Source: Eledone cirrhosa (Eukaryota). Taken from it: a DNA stretch of 64,000 bases. The first letter of the stretch is position 1; each line of letters starts with the position of its first letter. Below the pieces are notes generated by a model. That model saw nothing but the letters and a program-made list of their open reading frames with translations, had not been told where the DNA came from and did no database searches. The position numbers and the translations under genes were made by a program. The stretch lies in assembly GCA_964016885.1 (NCBI GenBank), contig OZ024744.1:66588001-66652000 (forward strand), given 5' to 3'. Below, in pieces: positions 13,001-23,732 of this stretch.

Positions 13001-13217
13001 AGAGGTGTGGGGTCGGAGGGTAGAGGGCGGTAGAAGAGGGGGTTACGGAGCTGCCTGAGGGCTTCAGCCGTGTAGAGGTCAGCGCGCCACACCACCACAT
13101 CGCCTCCCTTGTCCGCCGGTTTGGTGACGATGTCATCTCGGCTACGGAGGGAGCGGAGAGCGAGGAGTTCGCTCCGTGAGATGTTATGCCGTTTGGACCG
13201 GTGGCGGAAGTCGAAGC
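10041..13217 (-). mobile_element. Penelope-like element (Neptune-like), 5'-truncated, frameshifted RT plus GIY-YIG, long low-complexity 3' region
   Basis: ADKG, YFLPKLHK..GRPIVS, GIAMGTRMGPNYANLF, RYIDD, KPTDSHSYL..SSHP; linker CPRPRCNTC; NLVYGLRC..YVGQ..RFTEH. Confidence 0.92.
10126..10153 (-). ncRNA. Minimal PLE-type hammerhead core
   Basis: Minus strand CTGAAGA-agggc ttat gcct-GAAAC-GTC; palindromic mini stem III; stem I not evident (poly-C run). Confidence 0.65.
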
Positions 13218-13222
13218 TATAT

Positions 13223-13253
<31 letters not shown>

Positions 13254-13402
13254 AGTTTATCCCTGGTTCAATCGGGGGTAACTACAGTAAGTAAGGTACT
13301 CAATACATAGCAGAGTATAAATATTTAATATAGAAATTGTTTCATATATATATATATAGAGAGAGATTACAATAATCAAAGTTCAGTTTAAATCATTTAT
13401 TA

Positions 13403-13447
13403 GCTTACAATTGTTTCCTCCAAACCGAGGTTTGGATTCTTCGGAGC
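13403..13447 (-). ncRNA. Minimal hammerhead motif with CCGAAGA core
   Basis: gct-CCGAAGA-a tccaaacc tc ggtttgga g-GAAA-caattg-TA-agc. Confidence 0.6.
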
Positions 13448-13710
13448 AACTATTTAGTGATCTATAACATACTTGACCTCCTTTTCATCACAAGAGACAT
13501 ATAAAAACATATGCATATATTGACCCACAGTGGGATGACATCCATCATAATGATATAGCATGGCAATTTACATACAAAGGTTAAAGGATAAAAAAAAAAA
13601 AATAAAAAATAAAAAAAAAAAATAAAAAAATAAAAATAAAAAAAAAAATAAAAATAAAAATAAAAATAAAAATAAAAATGAAACATTGACAGTTTATGAA
13701 GATATATATA

Positions 13711-13963
13711 TCACGATAAATTAACGGAGCCATAGACTCTTGCTATTCCCTGTCAATAATGTGCTCAAAGGAAAAGGAATCCTAAGCTCTTTAAAATATA
13801 ATATGTTGAAAAGGTAACACACTAGAGAGAGATAGTGTGCCATCAATAAATCTCTAGTGTGTTACCTTTTCAACATATTGTATTTTAAACACCTCAGGAT
13901 TCCTTTCCCTTTGAGCACATTACTGACAGGAAATAACGAGAGTCTATGGCTCCGTTAATTTAT

Positions 13964-13968
<5 letters not shown>
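13711..13968. mobile_element. Fold-back MITE with about 120-bp terminal inverted repeats in (TA)n
   Basis: tcacgataaattaacggagccatagactc.. and its reverse complement at the right end; about 20-bp spacer. Confidence 0.8.
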
Positions 13969-14039
<71 letters not shown>

Positions 14040-14040
<1 letters not shown>

Positions 14041-15522
14041 GTAATAATAATAAATTTGAAGACTAAAATCCAAAGAGGGCTCGATAAGGATAAATATATA
14101 TCAAATATATAAGAACCGTAGAGCAAATATTTATTAAAATACCAGATTAAAGTTTAAGCAAAGAATCGCTGCTTTCACCCTTAACGGGATCTTCTGAAAC
14201 TAACAAAGTCAATCTGTGAACGCTGAAGTGAATATTTCAAAAAACGTTGGAACCGGAGGAAGACAGGAAGACGATACTTTGGTTCGTGGAAACGTTCCCT
14301 GGCAAAGAACGGGAAAAAACGAATATAATACGTCATTATTTGGAGCGGTGAAAAACAATTACACGCAAAGACAAAACCACGTTTATGGTATAAAAGAAGT
14401 CGTAGACTAATATTCTCTTAGGTGGTTCATAGAGACGTTCTCTGGCAATGAACGGAAAAAACGAAGAAAATACGTCATATGTGGATCGTGGAGAACAATT
14501 GCACGCAAAGACAAAACCACGTAAATGGTATAGCTGAAGTCGTAGACTAAATTCTAACTGGGATACCGAATGATTCTGGGCTTCAGAGTTAAGAATAAAG
14601 TAAATAAAATAAATAAATATATAAATAAAATACAGAGGTAATTGAAATAAATACATACACGCATCCATATACGTACATACACAAGCATGCGCGAAAACAC
14701 TCGCCATAGGTATACAAATACACGCAAGTACACCCCCCCCCCCAAAAAAAAACAAACAGACACACCCACATACAGAACCCACTCAACGCCTGTACCCGCA
14801 CGCATACGAATGTATACACCAAATACACACAAAAATATATATAAAAATATATATATTCATATATATATATGTGTGTGTGTGTGTGTATACATATAATTAA
14901 ATAAACGTATATAAATAAACGTATATAACAAGCGCGCACACATACCTACATGTAAATATACATATGTTCGGAGACGTTCGTCAACCAAAACACGAAGTAC
15001 ACATATACACACATCCTACATACGTACGAACCCGCATACTCACACAGACGCAAAACTCACGTATACACATAACCAAAAGCATATGTACCAGAATATATAA
15101 TATATACGCCATAACATATACAATCAAATATACGTACGAGAAAGTATACATACCTTCACAAAACATACAGGTAAAAATACTTACCTATACAAATAAGTAA
15201 TGGTATAAACATAACATATACTTAGCTACCACATCAAGACGTAAAATATCCGCGAATAATTTGTACTATCCGTTAGGGTATAATGTGGGGCTGTAATACA
15301 AGAAAGTTTTGTGCAATTTATGTTTACAAGCCGAAATTGCCTCAGATTTTTTGTTTAAGATGTAGTCTTTGGCGTAGAGTATTTCCAGAGCCTCAGCGGC
15401 GCAGAGGTCACATGGTCTTTTATTTCGGTTATACGATCTAGCCCTAGCAAAGATTTCCCAATGTAACTTATATTGGGTAATGTTGTCTTTTAGACTCCAG
15501 ATATAAGCTGAAAGTAAAGTCA
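14040..15522 (-). mobile_element. PLE family A, 3' portion (GIY-YIG end, long 3' UTR, hammerhead, tail)
   Basis: Homologous to 41337-42680 and 48260-49789; GIY-YIG C-terminus at 15270-15520. Confidence 0.85.
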
Positions 15523-15537
15523 GTTAGTTTCAGTTAG

Positions 15538-15615
<78 letters not shown>

Positions 15616-15621
<6 letters not shown>

Positions 15622-15790
15622 TAACAGATTCAAGTTTAAGCAAAGAATCGCTGCTTTCACCCTTAACGGGATCTTCTGAAACTAACTGACTTTACTTTCA
15701 GCTTATAACTGGAGTCTAAAAGACAACATTACCCAATATAAGTTACATTGGGAAATCTTTGCTAGGGCTAGATCGTATAACCGAAATAAA
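15616..15790 (-). mobile_element. Inverted duplicate of the family A junction region
   Basis: Reverse complement of 15419-15533 followed by the family A hammerhead end. Confidence 0.75.
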
Positions 15791-15886
15791 TATATAAATA
15801 TATAAATATATATATATATGTGTGTGTATGTGTGTGTGTGTATATATATATATACACACACACACACACGCATTATTATGGGTGAT

Positions 15887-16073
15887 TGTGGATTGGCAGT
15901 ATTGGTAGAGAGTCGGACGCCATGCTTTCCAGCATAGTTACGTCCCTTTACGATCTGAGTTCAAATCCCGCCGAGGTTAACTTTACCTTTCATCCTTAGG
16001 GAGTCGATAAAATAAAGTACCAGTAATGTACTGGGTAATGGCTGGCCTTGTGCCAAAAGTAAAAACAATTATT
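15887..16073 (+). mobile_element. tRNA-derived SINE, full length
   Basis: A-box tggcagtattgg, B-box gagttcaaatcc, (ATT)n tail. Confidence 0.9.
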
Positions 16074-16259
16074 ATGGCTGATTGTTTAAATCGCGCAGAT
16101 GTCAACTTCGCCTTCGTTCCTTCAAACGATCTTGCTAGAATAGAATACCAGTGTCTTCCTTAACCATTCCACCCATCGGCTTGGCAACGTTTTCATCAAT
16201 TCCGATCAATTAGTTATTGTTATTTTCAATTCAGTATTCGTGTCAATCCATACCTACCT

Positions 16260-16624
16260 ATGGTCATGCATCTTGGGTAATGGCCGAAATAATATGAGTG
16301 GAAATACAAGCGGCCGAACGGTCTTTGGAGTAATGTTACACGATAGAGTGCGCAGCTCGGAAATCAGAGATTCGCTCGAGGTAGAACTGCTACTTCTCCA
16401 ATTTGAGAGATCACAGTTCCAATACTACAGACATGTTGTTAGAATGTCTCAGGAAAGAATCAATGGACAGATTTTACGGGCAAAACCAACTAGCAGGAGA
16501 CCAGCGAGACGGTTGGATAACCATTTCTTGGCTGGTCTCGCTTATGGATCGAACCGGATCAATTGGAAACAGTTGCTTCTGATAGGACCCACTGGACTCT
16601 GTCCCCACCAAGAAGAAGAAGAAG

Positions 16625-16652
<28 letters not shown>
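16260..16652 (+). mobile_element. RTE-type LINE 3' fragment with (GAA)n tail
   Basis: DRVRSSEIR..ERSQ..HVVRM..RRP; homologous to 22500-22968. Confidence 0.7.
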
Positions 16653-16655
<3 letters not shown>

Positions 16656-16989
16656 TTCCAGTAGGCTTAAAATATTCGGGTCTTTATCTCTTACGTTTGC
16701 TCTCTGGTAGAATCTAAAAATTGCCACTTTTTCATGCCTGGCGTTTGTGAACCGTATGATGTGCCCACCAACTGGAACTGGCGTTCTGTCACAATACACT
16801 GAGGTTTTTTTTTTGTTTTTTTTTTGTTTTTTTGTTATGTGCTTACACTCAAACACGGATAAGTGGAGAGTGGGCTGGCTACAAATATTTATTATTTATA
16901 CCATAAATAACACGCTGATGGATTTTCAATCCTAATTCACCCGTTCTCAGTGAATTTTGCCCTTATATTCTAAATCTCACATCCATAGA

Positions 16990-17220
16990 ATGTTTGTCTT
17001 GAGCCCAGAGGTTCATCAGGCCGCTCCTTATCCCGGTTTTCGTAGCGTTATGCGACTGAGTACAAGACTCCCTCCCTGCACAGAACTCCAGTCTATCGCT
17101 GTCAGTTAAATGTATTGGAACAACGTGAAATGAAGTGTTTTGCTCAAGGATATAATAAACAACCCAACCCACGATGTTATGATCATAAGTCCAATATATT
17201 TACCACTAGGCCATGCGCCT
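16990..17220 (-). mobile_element. tRNA-headed CORE-type SINE
   Basis: Minus strand ggcgcatggcctagtggt head and ccttgagcaaaacactt CORE-like segment. Confidence 0.55.
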
Positions 17221-17279
17221 CTACTTGTTGGTAATACGATGGAATAATTTATATTTACAGAAATATTTACATAAATACT

Positions 17280-17815
17280 TCTTTTTTGATTTTGTTTTGC
17301 AAGATTCCTTATCTGAAAACGTGTGTTGAAACATATATTGTTATACTTTGGGAGGATCATACTGCCAATAAAAACACACGGACCTGTTGATTTTCACTTC
17401 AGTTTATTATAAATTTCCGGTTGGCTGGTTAGTTGGCTGGTTGGTTCGATAATCGGATGGTTGTTTATATATTGTCAAAGCTCTTTCGTCACACATTCTG
17501 TGACCTCCTCAGTGACTAGGTTTTTATTTTGTTTCTCTTCTTTGTTCTATCCTACACCATCTTGTTTGGTGTAGGACAGAACAAAGGAGAGACGCAAAAC
17601 AAGAAACCAGTCACTGTGGAGGTCACAGAATATGTGACGAAAGAGCTTTGACAATATATAAACAACCATCTGGTTATCGAACCAGTCAGCCAGCCAACCA
17701 ATCAGCCAAACAGCCAACCAACCAACCAACCAACCGGAAATTTATAATAAACTGAAGTGAAACCCAACACGTACGTGTGTTTTTATTGGCAGCATGACCC
17801 TCCCAAAGTATAACT
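17280..17815. mobile_element. Fold-back of two family G pseudo-LTRs, each with a hammerhead
   Basis: Inverted arms meeting near 17562; left arm longer. Confidence 0.85.
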
Positions 17816-18145
17816 ATATATATATATATATAGCAATAAGGAAATGAAGAATAGAAGAAAAAAAAGAAAATAAATAAAAGGAAAGAAGAAATTAAACAAC
17901 GCAAGGAGGAAGGGTAAGGGGGGGGGGGGCGACAGACACTACACTCCAGTCTGTCCCACGGTCAAAATGGGGAAGGTATTGCCACGGAGAACTACCAGTG
18001 ATAGTATTATACAGGAATATCTTCATGGTGGTGCTGATGGTTGTTATGTTATTGTTGTTGCTGTCCAGTTGGGTCTCATGCGTTGAAAAGACTACAGTTG
18101 CTCTTCTAATTCTGCAGTTTACGTTAACTTCCACGTTTCCATCAC

Positions 18146-18526
18146 CAGACCTGCCAACCTCTAAAATCTGAAAAGGAGAGTATCATGAAAACAAGTGCCC
18201 CAAAACGGGGAGAAATGAGGCAAAGGAGGAGATTTTACATAATTGTTTCTACTTTAAGCACAAGGCCAGCAAATACCCAATACATTACTGGTACTTTATT
18301 TTATCGACCCCGTAAGGATGAAAGGCAAAGTCAACCTCGGCGGGATTTGAACTCAGATCGTAAAGGGCCGTAACTATGCCCTGTACCGATACTGCCAATC
18401 TACCGCCCAAGAGGAGATTTTACATAATGGAAGCTATACCCATTTTCACAAGAGAAGACATCTCTCATTCACCCCCAAAGTTGGGTGAGAGATCTTCCCG
18501 TCCAACGGGGAGAGCTGACAGGTCTG
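18146..18526. mobile_element. Small TIR element (hAT-like) with nested SINE
   Basis: cagacctgccaacctc / gagagctgacaggtctg termini; SINE at about 18244-18408 (-) flanked by duplicated gaggagattttacataat. Confidence 0.6.
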
Positions 18527-18732
18527 TATCACTGTTGATTCACTTCACTTCACATTTTCCTTGACAAACTTCCGTGTCGTGTGTGTGACTGTGAGTGTGT
18601 GTTTTTTTTTTCGGGTGTTGGGGGGAGGGCGGGGGGGGGGGGGGGGGAGCACTTTTTATAAAGCGTATCTTGGATAAATACAGCCCGACGAAGTCTACCC
18701 TTTCTAAATATGTGAAATGTGTTGTTCTATAT

Positions 18733-19066
18733 CAGAGGTTCTCAAACTTTGGGCTTTTGGTACCACCGCAGTACCCTCAGTGCCCCCCCAACTCTATTTC
18801 CAGAGCGACCTGCCTACAGGCAAATTGTAAATAATATATAATAAATAAAATCGTTAATTTATATATAATGAATAACATAATATATACTATGTATAAATAT
18901 ATATATATTATATTTTCCTATATTTATATATAATATGTATCATTTGATATTTAATATACTATTATAGTATCTCTAGCCCCTCCCCCAGCACCACCTTCGC
19001 TCCAGCGCTCACTGGATCTTCTCAACAACCCTTCAGGGGCGGTAGCGCCCACTTTGAGAACCTCTG
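18733..19066. mobile_element. hAT (Charlie-like) MITE
   Basis: TIRs cagaggttctcaaact / actttgagaacctctg; flanks ttctatat and gtctaatc resemble the NTCTAGAN target. Confidence 0.8.
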
Positions 19067-19119
19067 GTCTAATCTTTTATGGCTCCACTTAAATTTCTGG
19101 CCGTATAATCATACTAGAA

Positions 19120-19838
19120 ATATTGGTTTCTTATATAGGCACAAGGTCAGCAATTTTGGGGGAGGGGAAAGTCGATTAAATCGACCCCAGTGCGTGACTG
19201 GTACTTTATTTTATCGACCCCCGTACGGATGAAAGGCAAAGTTAACCTCGGCGGGATTTGAACTCAGATCATAAAGGGCTGAAACTCTATGTTGCAAAGC
19301 ATAGCGTCCGATCCTCTACCCATACTGCCAATCTACCGCCCTACCATACTAGAAATATTGTTAGAGCATCGGACAAAATATATTCTGGTATTTGTTCTTT
19401 ACGTTCTGAGTTCAAATCCCGCCAAGGCCAGCTTTACCTTTGATCCTTACAGGGTCGATGAAATAAAATACCAGTAATGCACTGGGGTTGATTTAATCGA
19501 CTTTCTCTTTCCCTTCAAATTGCTGGCCTCGTGCCTAAATCATAAAAAAATATTTATTTTAAAATCACGCCGAGATTACACGTTTTATAAAATAAAGTAC
19601 CAGTAACGCACTGGTATCGATTCAACCAATTTCCCCACTTCTCTTAAAATTGCTGGCCTCGTGCCTAAATCAGAAACAAATATTTATTATAAAAACACGT
19701 CGAGGTTAGCTTTATCTTTTATCCTTATAGAGTTGAAAAGATACAGCACCAGTAACACACTGGGGTAGATTCAACTAATCCCCCCCCCCCTTCCCTTAAA
19801 ATTGCAGGCCTTGTGCCAAAAGTAGAAACAATTATTAC
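19120..19838. mobile_element. SINE cluster: one minus copy (19120-19342) then three plus-strand partial copies
   Basis: Repeated taccagtaa..ctggg and ttgctggcct.gtgcc segments. Confidence 0.8.
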
Positions 19839-19839
19839 C

Positions 19840-20747
19840 AAGCTGTCGGCCTAGTCCCTTGTAAATACCACCCAACACCATCCTCTGTCCTGGAGGAGCA
19901 AGCAGTTTTCCTGTCTTTTGGCTATGACCAAAGAAATTTGAAAGGGTTAAATGTGGGATCTCTCCGAACAAGCCTTCATCAACATCTTTAAGTTCCACTT
20001 GAGTTGGTGGGTGAGGATGGGAAGAGAGTTGCTTGCCCTCCAGCACAATTTTATGAAAGATATGTGTGCCAAGTGACGAAAAACGGTACATGTGGAAGGA
20101 AGGGAGGGATGGATGGATGGGCAGTTCTTGAATTCTGCCTGGAGATTGTTGTCGCGAGAGGGCAACTGCCCGGAGCGTGCCTGCTAGCAATGGCAAAAAT
20201 ACACGGCGTAGTAGATGTTGACAGATACTTTCTTCTCCCGCCAAGCTCTCATCAACTTTTCAACTACCACTTGAAAAGGATGTGGAGGTGGTGGTGGTGG
20301 TGGTGGTGGTGAGGAGGAGGAGGAGGAGGAGGAGGAGGAGGAGGAGGAGGAGGAGGAGGAGTGAAGAGTAAATTTGCTGATAGATGGGTAGATGGATAAG
20401 TATGGTGGGAGAACCGTGTCAGCATTGCGTGGCTGGATGGTTCCGACGACCTCAATTTTTCTGTTTGGAATTTTCTAGCAAGGAAAATACACTTGCCTTG
20501 CTATTGAGGGACATCTAGGGATTTCTGGGATGCCCTATTTTGCTCTAGGTCACTTTCTTTTTTATATATTTTGCCATTTTTATTATATTTTAGGGATATA
20601 TACATTATATATTTTTGCATTTTTATATAACTTATACATATTGATTCTTTCAACCACATGCATTCTATAATTCATTCTTTTCACTCGATTGTTTTTTTTC
20701 TTCTTGTAACCTGTCCTTGTAATGTGCTCCCTGTGGCACATAAAGAA
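19840..20747 (+). mobile_element. Old, decayed Tx1/L1-type 3' fragment
   Basis: Residual LI.F.YH.KR..F..RWV coding and a cc.tgtggca.ataaagaa terminus like the 23.7-34.2 kb elements. Confidence 0.5.
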
Positions 20748-20754
20748 GCCATTT

Positions 20755-20945
20755 GATTGGCAGTATCGGTGGAGCGTCAGACGCCATGCTTTGCAGTTTA
20801 GAGTTGTGGCCCTTTACGGTCTGAGTTCAAATATAGCCGAGGTTAACTTTGCCTTTCATCCTTTCGGGGTCGATAAAATAAAGCACCAGTAATGCACTGG
20901 AGTAATTGCTGGCCTTGTGCCAAAAGTAGAAACAATTATTATTAT
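20755..20945 (+). mobile_element. tRNA-derived SINE
   Basis: tggcagtatcgg, gagttcaaat, family body and (ATT)n tail. Confidence 0.9.
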
Positions 20946-20949
20946 TATT

Positions 20950-21252
20950 TTGTTGAAAGATGGGTGAGAGAGGCAAGAATGGCCTGAGTATGTGTCTGTA
21001 AATTAAAGGTGGAAAACTGGGAGAGAGCACTTGCCCGGGTGGTCAGGGTCACTGTGGCTTTTTAATGGGCTTTCTCCACGAATGTCCCTCGGAAGTCTCC
21101 CCCCTATTGGGGAATTTTTTCATTGTTCTATTATTACATCCTCTGTTTTTTGTTTTTTTACACGCAGAAATGCCCTTTTGTACCGTCCTGTATTGTCCTG
21201 TACTGTCCTTAATGTCTACTTTATGTAAACCCTTGTGGTTAGTAAAGAAATC
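20950..21252 (+). mobile_element. 3' end of a related Tx1/L1-type family, flanked by (ATT)n
   Basis: Encodes ERWVREARMA; ends cccttgtggttagtaaagaaatc followed by (ATT)n. Confidence 0.65.
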
Positions 21253-21273
21253 ATTATTATTATCATTATTATA

Positions 21274-21306
<33 letters not shown>

Positions 21307-21327
21307 GTTGCTGTTGTTGTTGTTATT

Positions 21328-21760
21328 CGGGCAGTGGACTGAAGGTTTATGTAGGACGTCGGACAATATGCTTTGCGGCATATTGTTACGGCCCTGTGCG
21401 ATCTGAGTTCAAATCCCACCGGTTAGCTTTGCCTTTCATTCTTACGGGTTCGATAAAATAATGTACCAGTAATTCACCGGTTCGATTTAAACGACTTCTG
21501 CTTAAAATTATTGGCCTTGTGCCTAACTCAGAAACCATTATTATTGTTGTTGTTAGGGCGGTGGATTGGCAGTATCGGTAGAGTGTCAGACACCATGTTT
21601 TGCCGCATAGAGTTACGGCCCTTTACGGTTTGAGTTCAAATCCCGCCGAGGTTAACTTTGCCTTTAATCCTGACGGGGTCGATAAAATAAAGCACCAGTA
21701 ACGTACTGAGGTCGATTTAGTCGACCCCCCCCCCCCCCCAAAAAAAAAAATTACTGACCT
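21328..21760 (+). mobile_element. Two tandem SINE copies (21328-21545, 21556-21760)
   Basis: Both have gagttcaaatccc and the family body. Confidence 0.85.
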
Positions 21761-22499
21761 ATAGTAGAAATCCTTATTATTGTTGTTGTTGTTATTGTTA
21801 TCTATATATTTCATTAAAAAAAAAATCAAAATCAACATCATATAAAAAAAGAAGAAAATACTCATGAATACAATGGTGTATGTGTGTTTTTATTTATTCC
21901 AGTGACTCTACCACGACGTAACTGCTTCACTTGCCAATATATTGTTTTAAATGAAATCACTTGCCGACAAATTACAACTCAGAATTTTAACACTTACTTT
22001 GTCTGCCCCCCCCCCCCCCCCCCCCATAGCCAAGGGACGAAAGACGGAAAACTTGTACTCTTGGATCCCAAATAATGGTGTTTGGGTTGAATAAGTGGGT
22101 TGGATCAATACATTTTCTAGGTTGTCCTCATAGATTAAAAAAAACAAAAAAAAAAAACAGAACTAGTCATTTAGTTTACATATTGAGACCCCCCCCTCCT
22201 CTCCCCAAACTCATCCTATTTATTTTATAACGTGTGAGATTTCTCGTAATGTTCTTTTTTGTGTGTTATGTATGTTTTGTAATGTCTAAAGAAAATTAAT
22301 TGTCGCAGGAATGCTACTACTTACAAAAAGTATTTCGCTGGAAATGGATTAGCAAAATTCAATAAGTCTATGTGTGGTGGCGGGTTCAGGGTGGAAAAAA
22401 ATCTGAAAAATTATTAATCGGGGTGAGTGACGATTATTCGAGACCCGAGAGTAAACGTTAAGAAAGCCTTTATAACAAATAAAATACGTGCTTAATATA

Positions 22500-22939
22500 C
22501 GTAGAAGCGATGGCTTTTTGGCGTAACGTTACTCGATAGAGTGCGTAGCTCGGAGATCACAGAGTCTCTCTGGTTGAGCCGTTACTTCTCCGAATTGTGA
22601 GATATCACAGCTCCGATATTGATATCTCACGGATATGTGGTTAGAATGTCCCAGGAAACAATAACTGGACAGATTTTACGAGCAAAACCAACTGGCAGGA
22701 GACCCAGAGATAGATCCCGAGCAAGATGGTTGGATAACATCTATGAACTTGGCTGGTCTCACTTGGGGATTCATCAGATCAATTGGATATGGTTGCTGGA
22801 AGGAGTGTTTGAGACCTCTGGAAGGAGTGTTTGAGAATTCTTCCTCCACGACCCCCTCAGGAATAAGTGGGCGAAGAAGAAGAAGAAGAAGAAGAAGAAG
22901 AAGAAGAAGAAGAAGAAGAAGAAGAAGAAGAAGAAGAAG

Positions 22940-22968
<29 letters not shown>
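22500..22968 (+). mobile_element. RTE-type LINE 3' fragment with expanded (GAA)n tail
   Basis: HGYVVRMSQE..GRRPRDRSRARWLD; homologous to 16260-16652. Confidence 0.7.
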
Positions 22969-22970
<2 letters not shown>

Positions 22971-23260
22971 TTAGGCAGGATGATGTCTGATTTTCTCTCT
23001 CCCCAATCCCCACTCTCCTTGCCATTCCAGGGAGCCTCCTGACCAGACCTAATCGGTTAGTGTATCGGCTGAACACTACAACGATAGATATTCTGCTTGC
23101 CAATTGTTATATACTATATCTTAATTTCATTCGACTATATATACCCTTTATCCATTCAATAAATGTATATGTATACAAAAAGTAAATGGAAACAACAAAG
23201 TAAAAAACACAATACAATGATGAAATATATTCGTTTAATGTTTGATATAGTAGGAAAAGA

Positions 23261-23298
23261 ATCTTTATGTTTCGGACACAAGTCATTCATCAGAAGAT
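23261..23298 (-). ncRNA. Decayed minimal hammerhead
   Basis: atctt-CTGATGA-atgac ttgt gtcc-GAAAC-ATA-aagat; stem I perfect, likely CpG-decayed GUA. Confidence 0.55.
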
Positions 23299-23664
23299 AG
23301 AATGAGAAATAAAAGCTGAAATAAAAAGATAGAGAATGAGAAGAGATGGGAACGAAAAAAAAAAAAAGAGAAATGTTTGAGAAAAAGCACGTGTGTATTC
23401 AGTCAGCCATTTTAAAGAAATGCTGGTCAGTGGGACTTGTGTTAATCAATAATAATTAACAGAGCTGTTGCATGTCTCACTGTACTGAGTTCAAAAGCAA
23501 CCGGCATCAATCATTGGTCATTTCCGTAACTCATCAATTCTACGCCTCTACAGAAATTCGCCTTATGCCATATGCCTTGTGCCAAGAATGATAGACAAAT
23601 AATTTAGCATGGTATTCTACCAAGCCTAGCATCTTTTTGCTCAGCCCCGTCTCTCCGTATAGCC

Positions 23665-23732
<68 letters not shown>

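Noticed and set aside
14278-14555. CRISPR-like repeat-spacer array
   Set aside because: Whole units are duplicated with no unique spacers; eukaryotic transposon UTR context and no cas genes
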